Assembly (NCBI RefSeq): GCF_000220525.1
Contig: NZ_AFPK01000039.1
Span: forward strand, 5,059 to 29,058
Reading direction: 5' to 3'
Length of the DNA stretch: 24,000 nt
Source: Ochrovirga pacifica
GTDB lineage: Bacteria; Bacteroidota; Bacteroidia; Flavobacteriales; Flavobacteriaceae
Part shown: positions 9,301-17,900 of the stretch, piece after piece
Numbering within the stretch: position 1 is the first letter of the stretch
Layout: each line of letters begins with the position of its first letter
Position numbers and translations under genes: made by a program
Notes under the pieces: generated by a model
Database searches by the model: none
What the model saw: only the letters and a program-made list of their open reading frames with translations
What the model was told of the DNA's origin: nothing

Positions 9301-10243
9301 ACAATTCTTTTTCATGAACTCTGTAATCTGTGTAAGACGTAATGGTGTTGGTAGCTAGTGAACTTATGGAAGTTGCGTTGCTTATTCTTTTTCCGTTTTG
9401 ACCTGTATCAAAATTGATATAATAATAACCTCTTGTAGCATATGGGTTTTGTTTGTGCTGAATGTTTGTTTTAGAATTTAATGTCCATGAAACAGTTCCT
9501 TTACCATAAAAAAGAATGTAATCATCATTATCAAAACGACCATCACTTTCTCCTTTAACATAGATTGCGTTTTCTTGCAACCCATTAGGTCTACTTTTAG
9601 TTAAGAGCTCTGGAAGCATATTTCCACCATGTCCAAAAATTCGAATATTTTTAGGGTTTATTTGATTGATGTTTACTCCTAAAGACCTTAAAAAATTAGC
9701 ATCAACTTTAAACACGCCTGTCTTATCAACGGCTATTTTATACCAAGTTCCTGAATTTAAAACAGAATTTTTTACTTCTTTAATCTGCGTTATTTGCTGA
9801 ACATTATTTGCTCTAACTGTTTCTGAAGAGTTGTAACTCAAATCAAAACGGGTTATTTTTACAATGCTTCCATCTTCTTTTTTATAAATAGGATACAACT
9901 GTAAACGTATAAAAGATTTTGCACCTTCTTTTACGGTATTAAAGATAGATGTTACCCTTGTTGGCAAATTGCTTACGTCTAAAAGACTTAATTCCGAACC
10001 AGACAAAACTTGCTCCTTTATATTTTTTAGTTGATAAGACACCTCGGAATCTAAAGAACCAGTCCACTGCTTTGTATACAAGGGAGTTCCATTGGGATCT
10101 ATATGAATATTTTGTCCTGCAAATACAACTTTCTTAGTGATGGGCTCTGTTATTAAACCAAGTGTTACAGTAAATGTTTTTTTTTCCTGACCTAAAACAA
10201 TCATCGAAAAAAAAAGAGCTAGAAAAATATGTAAAAACTTCAT
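6317..10243 (-). CDS. porU: Type IX secretion system C-terminal signal peptidase/sortase PorU (peptidase C25 family)
   Basis: This is a 1308-aa ORF with an N-terminal signal peptide. A gingipain/caspase-like His...Cys pair is present in 'INYFGHGN' and 'FITVTCDFSRF'. The C-terminal ~90 aa resemble a T9SS CTD ('LNYPNPFINHTEFWFE...VYLYRIKV...KLVLL'). The porU-porV/gldJ synteny also supports the call. Confidence 0.9.
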   Translation of the reverse strand: MKFLHIFLALFFSMIVLGQEKKTFTVTLGLITEPITKKVVFAGQNIHIDPNGTPLYTKQWTGSLDSEVSYQLKNIKEQVLSGSELSLLDVSNLPTRVTSIFNTVKEGAKSFIRLQLYPIYKKEDGSIVKITRFDLSYNSSETVRANNVQQITQIKEVKNSVLNSGTWYKIAVDKTGVFKVDANFLRSLGVNINQINPKNIRIFGHGGNMLPELLTKSRPNGLQENAIYVKGESDGRFDNDDYILFYGKGTVSWTLNSKTNIQHKQNPYATRGYYYINFDTGQNGKRISNATSISSLATNTITSYTDYRVHEKELYNYVKTGRKWYGEDFSVNNLQTFAFDVGDIDLSTPAQVSVNFSSSSSVNTDCTVAYREAETAAGSDLFTISLGTTSKDIKYRESLRVQTFLPTAPHQFFIDVLWNNNGDLSAKGRLDYIKVIVDRLLVANGNQFDFVNFLSASNGSILEYKINNAHQVDFVWDVTDSYNVKNMLDLNNSDTQFTFKEATDGELNQYQVVRLEDAYLPINIGAETVVENQNLHAETDIQYIILTHPVFSAQAERLANYHRENTQVDGNPINVKVVNLQKVYNEFGSGIADVTAIRDYLKYVYDNASTSSKKLKYVCLFGDATFDYRGITYSNKNNVPTYMSNVSSNLISSYNSDDYYALLDATDDMIDNDELSISGKMEITTGRIPVGTSIKAKQYVDKLLNYYSTNSFGAWRSKVTLLADDGQEGEHQLLTNYLENSAKKTESLNKNINITKLYADAFEEELSAGGGQYPQIVKRLDEAFNIGSVVINYFGHGNTSTLAEENFLDISKIRSYRNLNNLPLFITVTCDFSRFDDPTFLSAGEELMESNYGGAVAMITTTRQIYISAGNSVNSSLTDYLYSFDGKKRTAAEALKDAKNDLIIDGEQFVFFLGDPAMPISIPEQGIKIQAIKKYVIDEEAEKETLVNITELNGLSKIRVEGAVVQKDSVLVNGVYSRPTLSDFNGNLSVVLYDKEIERKTMLNEVRNSGGSVNENDILAFKSLENKVFVGSATINNGQFSFDMMLPKDVSSIPENAKFSFYASSKNNDKIGSDFSYKVGGVDPDAKEDNTAPLINLFLDDESFVNGANTSSTPILLAKLSDESGINTSLNSLGHSISLIIDDELTNPITLNEYYTTEKDDFTKGIVTYQMPELEEGDHTLTLKVWDSHNNSATQTLDFYVQSDLKFKIDRVLNYPNPFINHTEFWFENNRKNEPLEITVQVYTVSGKLIKTIRATDNNTNPIIKAATWDGKDDYGNKLGKGVYLYRIKVKEIISGQSDEKIQKLVLL

Positions 10244-10364
10244 TATTGCTGTTATTATTGCACGAATATAATAATTTAGACTTTGTACTTGAATTTAGAT
10301 TGTATAATTAAGTATTATATAATATCTTGCACGAAGTTAACAAAACAATGATTCAATAATTCTT

Positions 10365-12038
10365 ATGAAGAAGTTTCTAAAACCAATACTATTTTCTACA
10401 ACAGTATTGACTCTGTTATCGAGTTGTGATAAACTTCAACTTTTTAGCAAAAAACCAAAAACAGTTGAACGTATTTCGGAAAATACTGGCACCAATCATA
10501 GTGCTCCAGAAAATGGAGGATTGGCTCCTTTATCTGCTGCCGAAGAAACAGAAACCCCAAAATCTATGGCTTTTATACCTGGTGGTACTTTTGTAATGGG
10601 AAAAGTACAACAGGATGTAATGATGGAAAATAATAACGAACCAAGAACTAAGCAAGTCTCTAGCTTTTACATTGACAAAACCGAGACTTCTAACAAAGAA
10701 TATTTAATATACTTAGACTGGCTAAAAAAAGTATTTCCACCAGAAAACCCAAAATACAAACATATATATGCATCTGCTTTGCCTGATGAAAATGTTTGGA
10801 GAAACCCACTAAGAAGTGATGGAAAATTAACCGAAACCTACTTAAGACACCCTTCATTTCAAGACTATCCAGTTGTAGGAGTTAGCTGGAGACAAGCAAA
10901 TGACTATTGTACATGGAGAACAAACCGTGTTGCTGAAAAAGGAATGATTGAAAAAGGTTGGTTAAACCCTTTGTTTGATAATTCTGAAATCACAACAGAA
11001 GGAAGAAACCATTTTGATGTAGAAGTTTTTGAAACGGATCCTAACTTACTATATGGAGGAAACAAAGCCATATACACAGAATATGTTACCCAAGCTGATG
11101 ATGTTGTCCTAGATTCAACTTCAAATGAAGCAACCAACAAAACGTTTAAATTAAATATTGATGAGTTTTCTCCTTTTTTAAGATTCCGTTTGCCTACAGA
11201 GGCTGAGTGGGAATATGCAGCAAGAGCAGACTTTGAAAACACATTATACAACTCTATTCGTGGTAGAAAAAAGTACCCGTGGGCTAGTCAAACTACTAGA
11301 AATAAAAAAAGCAAATATTACCTACAACATGCTAACTTTAAAGAATCTAGAGGAAATTACAGTGGTATTGCAGGATGGCCTTCAGACTATGGTGATATCA
11401 CAACTCCTATCAAAACATTCCCGCCTAATGCTTTTGGATTGTACGATATGGCTGGAAATGTAGCAGAATGGGTAAATGATATATACAGACCTGAAATTGA
11501 CACGGATTATAATGACTTTAACTATACTAGAGGAAACGTATTTACCAAACCAAAACTTGATGAAACAGGCAAAGCTATTGTTGCAGACTACGATGATGTA
11601 AAATACGACACCTTGCCTAACGGTAAAATTGTACCTTCTGTACTTCCTGGTCAAATTATTAAAGTGCCTGTTACTAATAATGACACCTACTTAAATGTAA
11701 GTTATCAAAAAGCTGACAATAGAGATTTTAACGATGGTGATTTAGCCTCTAGTAGAGACTTTAACATGCAAGACCCAGAGAGAGCTAAAAGAATGTACAA
11801 CTCTCCTATTATAGAAAAGCCTATTATTAACGAAGAAACTGGTGAATTGGTATATGTGTACGATAAAAAACCTAGAACTACTTTAATCACAAACTACTCT
11901 AGAGTGTACAAAGGAGGATCTTGGAAAGATCGTGAGTTTTGGTTAGATCCAGGACAACGCAGATTCTTAGAAGAATATATGGCAACCAATTACATTGGTT
12001 TTAGATGTGCTGCAAGTAAAGTTGGTGAAAGCCACTAA
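10365..12038 (+). CDS. gldJ: Gliding motility lipoprotein GldJ (FGE/SUMF1-like fold)
   Basis: This is a 557-aa ORF with a lipoprotein signal ending 'LTLLSSC'. FGE-sulfatase-like blocks are present ('GVSWRQANDYCTWR', 'RLPTEAEWEYAARA', 'GLYDMAGNVAEWVND', 'IGFRCA'). It is divergent from porU, matching the F. johnsoniae porV-porU/gldJ arrangement. Confidence 0.9.
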   Translation: MKKFLKPILFSTTVLTLLSSCDKLQLFSKKPKTVERISENTGTNHSAPENGGLAPLSAAEETETPKSMAFIPGGTFVMGKVQQDVMMENNNEPRTKQVSSFYIDKTETSNKEYLIYLDWLKKVFPPENPKYKHIYASALPDENVWRNPLRSDGKLTETYLRHPSFQDYPVVGVSWRQANDYCTWRTNRVAEKGMIEKGWLNPLFDNSEITTEGRNHFDVEVFETDPNLLYGGNKAIYTEYVTQADDVVLDSTSNEATNKTFKLNIDEFSPFLRFRLPTEAEWEYAARADFENTLYNSIRGRKKYPWASQTTRNKKSKYYLQHANFKESRGNYSGIAGWPSDYGDITTPIKTFPPNAFGLYDMAGNVAEWVNDIYRPEIDTDYNDFNYTRGNVFTKPKLDETGKAIVADYDDVKYDTLPNGKIVPSVLPGQIIKVPVTNNDTYLNVSYQKADNRDFNDGDLASSRDFNMQDPERAKRMYNSPIIEKPIINEETGELVYVYDKKPRTTLITNYSRVYKGGSWKDREFWLDPGQRRFLEEYMATNYIGFRCAASKVGESH

Positions 12039-12059
12039 ACAAAAAATACAAACAGAATT

Positions 12060-12092
12060 AAAAAAGAGTTGGAAGTTTCCAACTCTTTTTTT
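12060..12092. terminator. Bidirectional rho-independent terminator between convergent gldJ and the cupin gene
   Basis: A perfect 9-bp stem, AGAGTTGGA (12065..12073) with TCCAACTCT (12078..12086), encloses a 4-nt loop. It is flanked by an A-run (12060..12065) and a T-run (12086..12092), so it reads as hairpin plus U-tract on both strands. The T-run overlaps the cupin stop codon at 12091..12093. Confidence 0.65.
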
Positions 12093-12432
12093 AATCAGTA
12101 GCAATTCCAAAATAAATCCACGACACTTCTTGATTGTAATTATTGTGTTGAGAGTGTACTTCTCCTGCTTCTACAGTAATACAATCTCCTTCGCTTACCG
12201 TTATTTTTTTGTCATCAATCACAAAATCAATTCTTCCTTTCTGTATGTAAAAAACCTCATACATAGTAGCATGAACGTGAGCCTCTACTTTTTGTCCAGG
12301 TAAGAAAACAGCCGAACCAAACATCATTAACTGTGGAATTTCATCTTTACCAATAAAAACTTTCTTTTTAATGGTCTCATCATGACTTGTTCCTATTTCT
12401 TGTAACTGTTTTGTTTTTACTAATTTCATCAA
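12091..12432 (-). CDS. Cupin domain protein (single-domain, metal-binding type)
   Basis: This is a 113-aa ORF. Cupin motif 1 G-X5-H-X-H-X4-E-X6-G is matched exactly by 'GQKVEAHVHATMYEVFYIQKG'. Motif 2 is matched by 'GDCITVEAGEVHSQHN'. Confidence 0.85.
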   Translation of the reverse strand: MMKLVKTKQLQEIGTSHDETIKKKVFIGKDEIPQLMMFGSAVFLPGQKVEAHVHATMYEVFYIQKGRIDFVIDDKKITVSEGDCITVEAGEVHSQHNNYNQEVSWIYFGIATD

Positions 12433-12508
12433 TAGTCATTTTAATATCTATTAGGTAAAGTTACTAGGAATCTTAAATTACTTGCTATCTTCGCACAAAT
12501 TTTATCAC

Positions 12509-13672
12509 ATGGAATTGATTTCAATTACTGGATATGCTAGTATTTCTCCCTTAGGAACAAACCCCGAAACCATATGGGAAAATTATTTAAGTTCCAAACA
12601 CTTTTTAACTTACAAAGAATTTAAAAAAGTAGCAGGATGGATTGGAGCTTTACCAAAAACATTAGAAGAAGAGCTAAACTTTATCAAAACATCCAATACC
12701 AAATATGCCAATTTAGACAAATCCGTTTTGATGGCAATCTATGTAAGTAGAAAAGCAATTGCTCATGCGGGTTGGAACAAAGGTACTTTTGGAATTAATA
12801 TAGGGTCTTCAAGAGGTGCTACAGAATTATTTGAAAATTATTATCAAGATTTTGTACAACAGAAATATCAAAAAACACATCCGCTTACTTCTCCTACCAC
12901 CACATTAGGAAATTTATCCACCTGGGTAGCAGACGACTTACAAACACAAGGACCAACAATTTCTCATTCCATTACTTGCTCTACAGGATTACACGCTTTG
13001 TTAAATGGTATTGCATGGATACGTTCTGGAATGTCTAATCAATTTTTAGTTGGGGCAACCGAAGCACCTAATACCGATTTTACGATGGCACAAATGCAAG
13101 CCATTAAAATATACACCAAAAACAAAGACACCTACCCAACCAAAGCTATGGACCTAAACAAAACACAGAACACAATGTGTTTAGGAGAGGGAGCTGCAGT
13201 ATTTTGTTTGGAAAAAGGAACATCAAAAAACGCATTAGCTTATATTGATGGTATAGGCTATGCAACAGAAAAATTAAAACACAACATCTCTATAACCAAC
13301 GATGCAGAATGTTTTCAAAGCTCTATGAAAATGGCTTTGAAAGAAATAAGTGCCCCTATAGATGCTATAGTAATGCATGCTCCAGGTACCATTAAAGGAG
13401 ATAGCTCAGAATATAAAGCCATTCAAAAAGTTTTTGGTGATAAAATCCCAGCGTTAACAAACAACAAATGGAAAATAGGCCACACTTTGGGAACATCGGG
13501 TTGTTTGAGCATGGAATTGGCTTTGCTAATGTTGCAAAAAAAACAGTTTATTAACGTACCGTATTTAACTGATAACAAAGCTCCTAAACAAATTAATAAC
13601 ATACTGGTAAACGCTGTTGGTTTTGGAGGAAATGCCGTTAGTATTGTTTTACGAGGGATTGAAGTTGAATAG
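12509..13672 (+). CDS. Beta-ketoacyl-ACP synthase I/II-like condensing enzyme (FabB/FabF family)
   Basis: The track ORF starts at the TTG at 12482. The ATG at 12509 gives the typical KAS N-terminus 'MELISITGYASISPLG', so I prefer that start. A Cys-His-His triad is recognisable in 'SITCSTGLHAL', 'VMHAPGTIKGD' and 'KIGHTLGTSGCLS'. The gene ends 42 bp before bioB, and no hairpin terminator was seen in that gap. Confidence 0.8.
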   Translation: MELISITGYASISPLGTNPETIWENYLSSKHFLTYKEFKKVAGWIGALPKTLEEELNFIKTSNTKYANLDKSVLMAIYVSRKAIAHAGWNKGTFGINIGSSRGATELFENYYQDFVQQKYQKTHPLTSPTTTLGNLSTWVADDLQTQGPTISHSITCSTGLHALLNGIAWIRSGMSNQFLVGATEAPNTDFTMAQMQAIKIYTKNKDTYPTKAMDLNKTQNTMCLGEGAAVFCLEKGTSKNALAYIDGIGYATEKLKHNISITNDAECFQSSMKMALKEISAPIDAIVMHAPGTIKGDSSEYKAIQKVFGDKIPALTNNKWKIGHTLGTSGCLSMELALLMLQKKQFINVPYLTDNKAPKQINNILVNAVGFGGNAVSIVLRGIEVE

Positions 13673-13714
13673 TAACAAAATTTAGTATTTTTACCGAATC
13701 AAAAATGGAAACTT

Positions 13715-14836
13715 ATGAGTGAAGTAAGACACGATTGGACGAAAGAAGAAATTTTAGAAATATATAACAAACCTTTGATGGAGCTTTTGTACGAAGCCGC
13801 TAGCATTCATAGGTTACACCACAATCCTAACGAAGTACAAGTATCAACCTTATTATCTATTAAAACAGGAGGCTGTTCTGAAGACTGTGGTTATTGCCCA
13901 CAAGCAGCACGTTATCATACCGATATTGAAGGAAACGACTTAATGTCTGTAAACCAAGTTAAAGCACAGGCATTAAGAGCCAAAGCTTCTGGTTCATCTA
14001 GAGTATGTATGGGAGCCTCTTGGAGAAATGTTAAAGATGGTGAAGAATTTGACGAAGTGCTTGAAATGGTGAGAACCATTAACAAATTGGACATGGAAGT
14101 ATGTTGTACGTTGGGAATGGTTACAGAAAACCAAGCCAAACGCTTGGCCGAAGCTGGTTTGTATGCTTATAATCACAACTTAGATTCTTCTGAAGAATAT
14201 TACAAAGAAGTCATCTCTACACGCGGTTTTCAAGATCGTTTAGATACTATTGACAATGTACGCAAAACCAATGTAACAGTTTGTTCTGGTGGAATTATTG
14301 GAATGGGAGAATCTATAGAAGACCGAGCAGGAATGCTTGTTGCTTTATCAACTCTAAATCCACAGCCAGAGTCTACCCCAATCAACGCATTAGTTGCTGT
14401 AGAAGGAACTCCGTTAGAAGACCAAAAACCTGTAGAGATTTGGGACATGGTACGCATGGTTGCAACGACCCGTATTGTATTGCCTGAAACTCAAGTACGT
14501 TTGTCTGCTGGTAGAACACAAATGTCTCAGGAAGGACAAGCTTTTTGTTTCTTTGCTGGAGCAAATTCTATTTTTGCTGGAGATAAGCTATTAACCACAC
14601 CTAACCCAGACGTAAACGAAGACATGAAACTGTTTGACAAGTTAGGACTTATTCCAATGAAGCCATTTACCAAAAAAGTACAGCCCAAAACGGTAGAAGC
14701 ACAAGACTCTGCATACCAAGCACAAGGAGAAAATCCTAAATGGACTAGACCAGAACACAAAATTGAAAGAAACGAAGCAGCCAAACAAAAGGCTAAAGAA
14801 ATACGTGAAGAATTGAAAGAAACAGAACAAGCTTAA
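13715..14836 (+). CDS. bioB: Biotin synthase BioB (radical SAM)
   Basis: This is a 373-aa ORF with the radical-SAM motif 'CSEDCGYCPQ'. BioB blocks are present ('VCMGASWR', 'EVCCTLG', 'YNHNLDSS', 'VCSGGIIGMGES', 'VRLSAGR'). A ~50-aa K/E-rich C-terminal tail lies beyond the conserved core. Confidence 0.95.
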   Translation: MSEVRHDWTKEEILEIYNKPLMELLYEAASIHRLHHNPNEVQVSTLLSIKTGGCSEDCGYCPQAARYHTDIEGNDLMSVNQVKAQALRAKASGSSRVCMGASWRNVKDGEEFDEVLEMVRTINKLDMEVCCTLGMVTENQAKRLAEAGLYAYNHNLDSSEEYYKEVISTRGFQDRLDTIDNVRKTNVTVCSGGIIGMGESIEDRAGMLVALSTLNPQPESTPINALVAVEGTPLEDQKPVEIWDMVRMVATTRIVLPETQVRLSAGRTQMSQEGQAFCFFAGANSIFAGDKLLTTPNPDVNEDMKLFDKLGLIPMKPFTKKVQPKTVEAQDSAYQAQGENPKWTRPEHKIERNEAAKQKAKEIREELKETEQA

Positions 14837-14856
14837 TTTTTAGTTCTTTAAACTCC

Positions 14857-14887
14857 AAAAGCACCTAGTTATCTAGGTGCTTTTTTT
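14857..14887 (+). terminator. Rho-independent terminator downstream of bioB
   Basis: The stem pairs AAAAGCACCTAG (14857..14868) with CTAGGTGCTTTT (14873..14884) around a TTAT loop, followed by a 7-T run (14881..14887). It begins 21 nt after the bioB stop codon. Confidence 0.7.
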
Positions 14888-14973
14888 GTTGATAAAATCA
14901 GTCGCTGACATGAAAATGTATTTCTAAAAATCTAGAGATATTTTGTACTTTTAAGCTTCCCAAAAACAAAAGC

Positions 14974-17900
14974 ATGTACTTAATTTTTGATACAGAAACC
15001 ACAGGTTTACCCAAGAGCTACAAAGCTCCTATGACAGATACAGACAATTGGCCAAGATGTATACAAATCGCATGGCAGTTGCATGATGAAATGGGTCAGG
15101 TACTAGAGCATGATAACTTTATGATTCAGCCCGATGGTTTTAATATTCCTTTCGATTCTGAAAAAGTTCATGGTATATCTACCGAACTAGCTCAAGAACA
15201 AGGGATTGCTTTACAAGAAGGATTGGATCGTTTTAACAAAGTACTGACCAAAACTAAATTTATAGTGGGGCAAAATGTTGGCTTTGATGTGAACATAATG
15301 GGAGCAGAATTTTACCGAATGGGAATGACTCCTAATTATAAAACACTTCAGTACCATGAATTGGATTTAGAATCCTATAATTTTGCGACTAAAAAAAATA
15401 AAGAAGATACTTGGACTTTTGATGATTTGTCTGAAGAAGACAAAAACAAATTGGGAATTTTAGATACTTGTACTGAATACACAGCTAATCTGTGCCAGAT
15501 TCCTGGAGGTAGAGGAGGAAAATTCAAACTCCCAACTCTTACCGAGTTACACCATTATTTATTTGGTGTTGGTTTTGGAGAAGCTCACAACGCAACTGCC
15601 GATGTAGAAGCAACCACTCGATGTTTCTTTGAACTTATCAGAAGAGAACATTTTACTTCAGAGCAGTTAGATGTTCCCCCAACTTACTTTACAGAGTTTA
15701 AAAAAGTAAACCCAAGCCCTATTCAAATTATCGGATTAAAACACTTAAACCTAAAACAGGAAAGTAAAAAAATCCGAAAAAGACAAGCCCAACAAGAAGG
15801 TGCAAAAGGAAAGGGAATTAGTGTTAAAGAAGGATTAGAACGACTAAAAAATGTAAGTTTTGCCCATTTACACAATCACACTCAATACTCAATTTTACAG
15901 TCTACCATAGAAATAGGTAACCTTGTTAACGCTGCTGGGAATGATAATATGTCTGCGGTAGCCATGACAGATATCGGAAATATGATGGCTGCTTTTCATT
16001 TTACCAATGCGGTTGATGGATACAATAAAGGCATTCAAGCCAAAAGAAAAGCAGCTGAAGAAAATGGAGAAGAATTTAGTCAAAAAGATCTTATTCCTAT
16101 TGTTGGTTGCGAACTAAACGTATGTGAAGATCACCTAAACAAAAACGTAAAAGACAATGGGTATCAGGTTGTATTTTTAGCCAAAAATAAAAAAGGCTAC
16201 CATAATTTAGCAAAAATGTCTTCCATTGCTTATGTAGAAGGTTTTTACTATGTGCCTCGTATCAGCAAAAAAGTGGTAGAACAATATAAAGAAGACATTA
16301 TTGTTCTAACAGGTAGCTTAACAGGTGAAGTAGCAAGTAAAATATTGAATGTTGGAGAGAATCAAGCCGAAGAAGCCCTGCTTTGGTGGAAAGAACAGTT
16401 TCAAGATGACTTGTATATAGAATTGATGCGACATGGTCAGGAGGACGAAAATGTTGTAAACAAAGTATTGCTAAATTTTTCTAAAAAACACCATATAAAA
16501 GTAGTTGCTACCAACAACACCTATTATTTAAAACAAGAAGAAGCAAATGCTCATGATATTTTACTCTGTGTAAAAGACGGAGAAAAACAAGCAACTCCCA
16601 TCGGTAGAGGTCGTGGATACCGTTACGGATTGCCCAACGACCAGTATTATTTTAAGTCTACAGATGAGATGAAAGAACTGTTTGCAGATGTGCCTCAAGC
16701 CATTATAAACATTCAGCATTTGGTAGCTAAAATCACTCCGTTTACCTTGGCTCGTGATGTATTATTACCTGCTTTTGATATTCCTGAACAATTCCGAGAT
16801 GACAAAGATTTAGAGGATGGAGGAAAACGAGGCGAAAACAACTTTTTACGTCATTTAGTGTACAAAGGTGCTGAAGAACGATATGAAGAAATTACAGACT
16901 CTATTAGAGAACGTTTAGATTTAGAGCTAGGAGTAATTGCAAACACAGGATATCCAGGTTACTTTTTGATTGTAGAAGATTTTATACGAGCAGCTAGAAA
17001 CATGGGCGTTTCCGTAGGGCCTGGTCGTGGATCGGCTGCAGGATCGGCTGCTGCATACTGTTTGGGAATTACCAACATAGACCCTATTCAGTACGATTTG
17101 CTGTTTGAGCGTTTCTTAAACCCCGAACGTATTTCCATGCCCGATATTGATATCGATTTTGATGACGAAGGTCGTGGGCGTGTTATAGATTATGTTATTG
17201 ATAAATATGGAGCCAACCAAGTAGCACAAATTATTACTTATGGTACCATGGCAGCCAAATCGTCTATTAGAGACACCGCAAGAGTGTTAGACCTGCCTTT
17301 GTTTGAAGCCGATCAAATTGCCAAACTAATTCCTGGAATTAAACTAAAAAATATTTGGGGAGACGATCCTAAAAGCAAAGGAAAAAGAGATGGTTTACGT
17401 TCTGAAGAAAAAGAAATGATTCAGGAATTGATCCGCTTGGCAGATGAAGACACTCCTATTTCCGAAACCATTAATAAAGCCCGTATATTAGAAGGTTCGG
17501 TACGAAATACGGGAATTCATGCTTGTGGGGTTATCATTACACCAGACGATATTACCAAATTTGTTCCAGTGTCAATTGCCAAAGATTCCGACATGTATGT
17601 TACACAATTTGACAACTCTGTAGTAGAAAGTGCAGGGTTGTTAAAAATGGATTTTTTGGGGTTAAAAACACTAACCCTAATTAAACATACTTGCGAAATT
17701 GTAAAGGCTAGACATGGGGTTGAACTAGATCCTGAATCTTTTCCTATTGACGATCAAAAAACCTACGAACTGTTTCAAAAAGGTGAAACCGTAGGAATTT
17801 TTCAGTACGAATCTCCTGGAATGCAAAAGTACATGCGCGAGCTAAAACCTACTGTTTTTGCCGATTTGATTGCAATGAACGCTTTGTACCGACCAGGGCC

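Noticed and set aside
6015-10137. Short plus-strand ORFs inside porV and porU (6015..6215, 6795..7016, 7137..7319, 9066..9296 and 9949..10137).
   Set aside because: All are antisense shadows within two long ORFs that have clear family signatures.
10904-11890. ORFs inside gldJ: 10904..11251 (-), 11215..11463 (+), 11382..11654 (-) and 11705..11890 (-).
   Set aside because: They are alternative-frame shadows of the 557-aa GldJ ORF, with no family resemblance.
11995-12303. A 102-aa plus-strand ORF spanning the gldJ 3' end, the terminator and the cupin gene in antisense.
   Set aside because: It crosses a strong bidirectional terminator and is antisense to a cupin ORF with textbook motifs. Its translation is low-complexity.
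13915-14830. A cluster of six antisense or alternative-frame ORFs of 60-85 aa stacked over bioB (13915..14139, 13994..14176, 14230..14457, 14382..14564, 14527..14784 and 14642..14830 on the minus strand, plus 14281..14487 on the plus strand).
   Set aside because: All lie entirely inside the strongly supported bioB frame. Their translations are low-complexity or Cys/Ser-rich with no recognisable motifs. bioB is visibly less AT-rich than its surroundings, which reduces stop codons in the other frames. I treat them as frame-shadow artefacts.
14680-14836. The K/E/Q-rich ~50-aa C-terminal tail of BioB, considered as a possible fused domain.
   Set aside because: It is a low-complexity, probably disordered extension with no motif. 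I recall that flavobacterial BioB proteins are commonly longer than the E. coli enzyme. I cannot show from sequence alone that it is functional.
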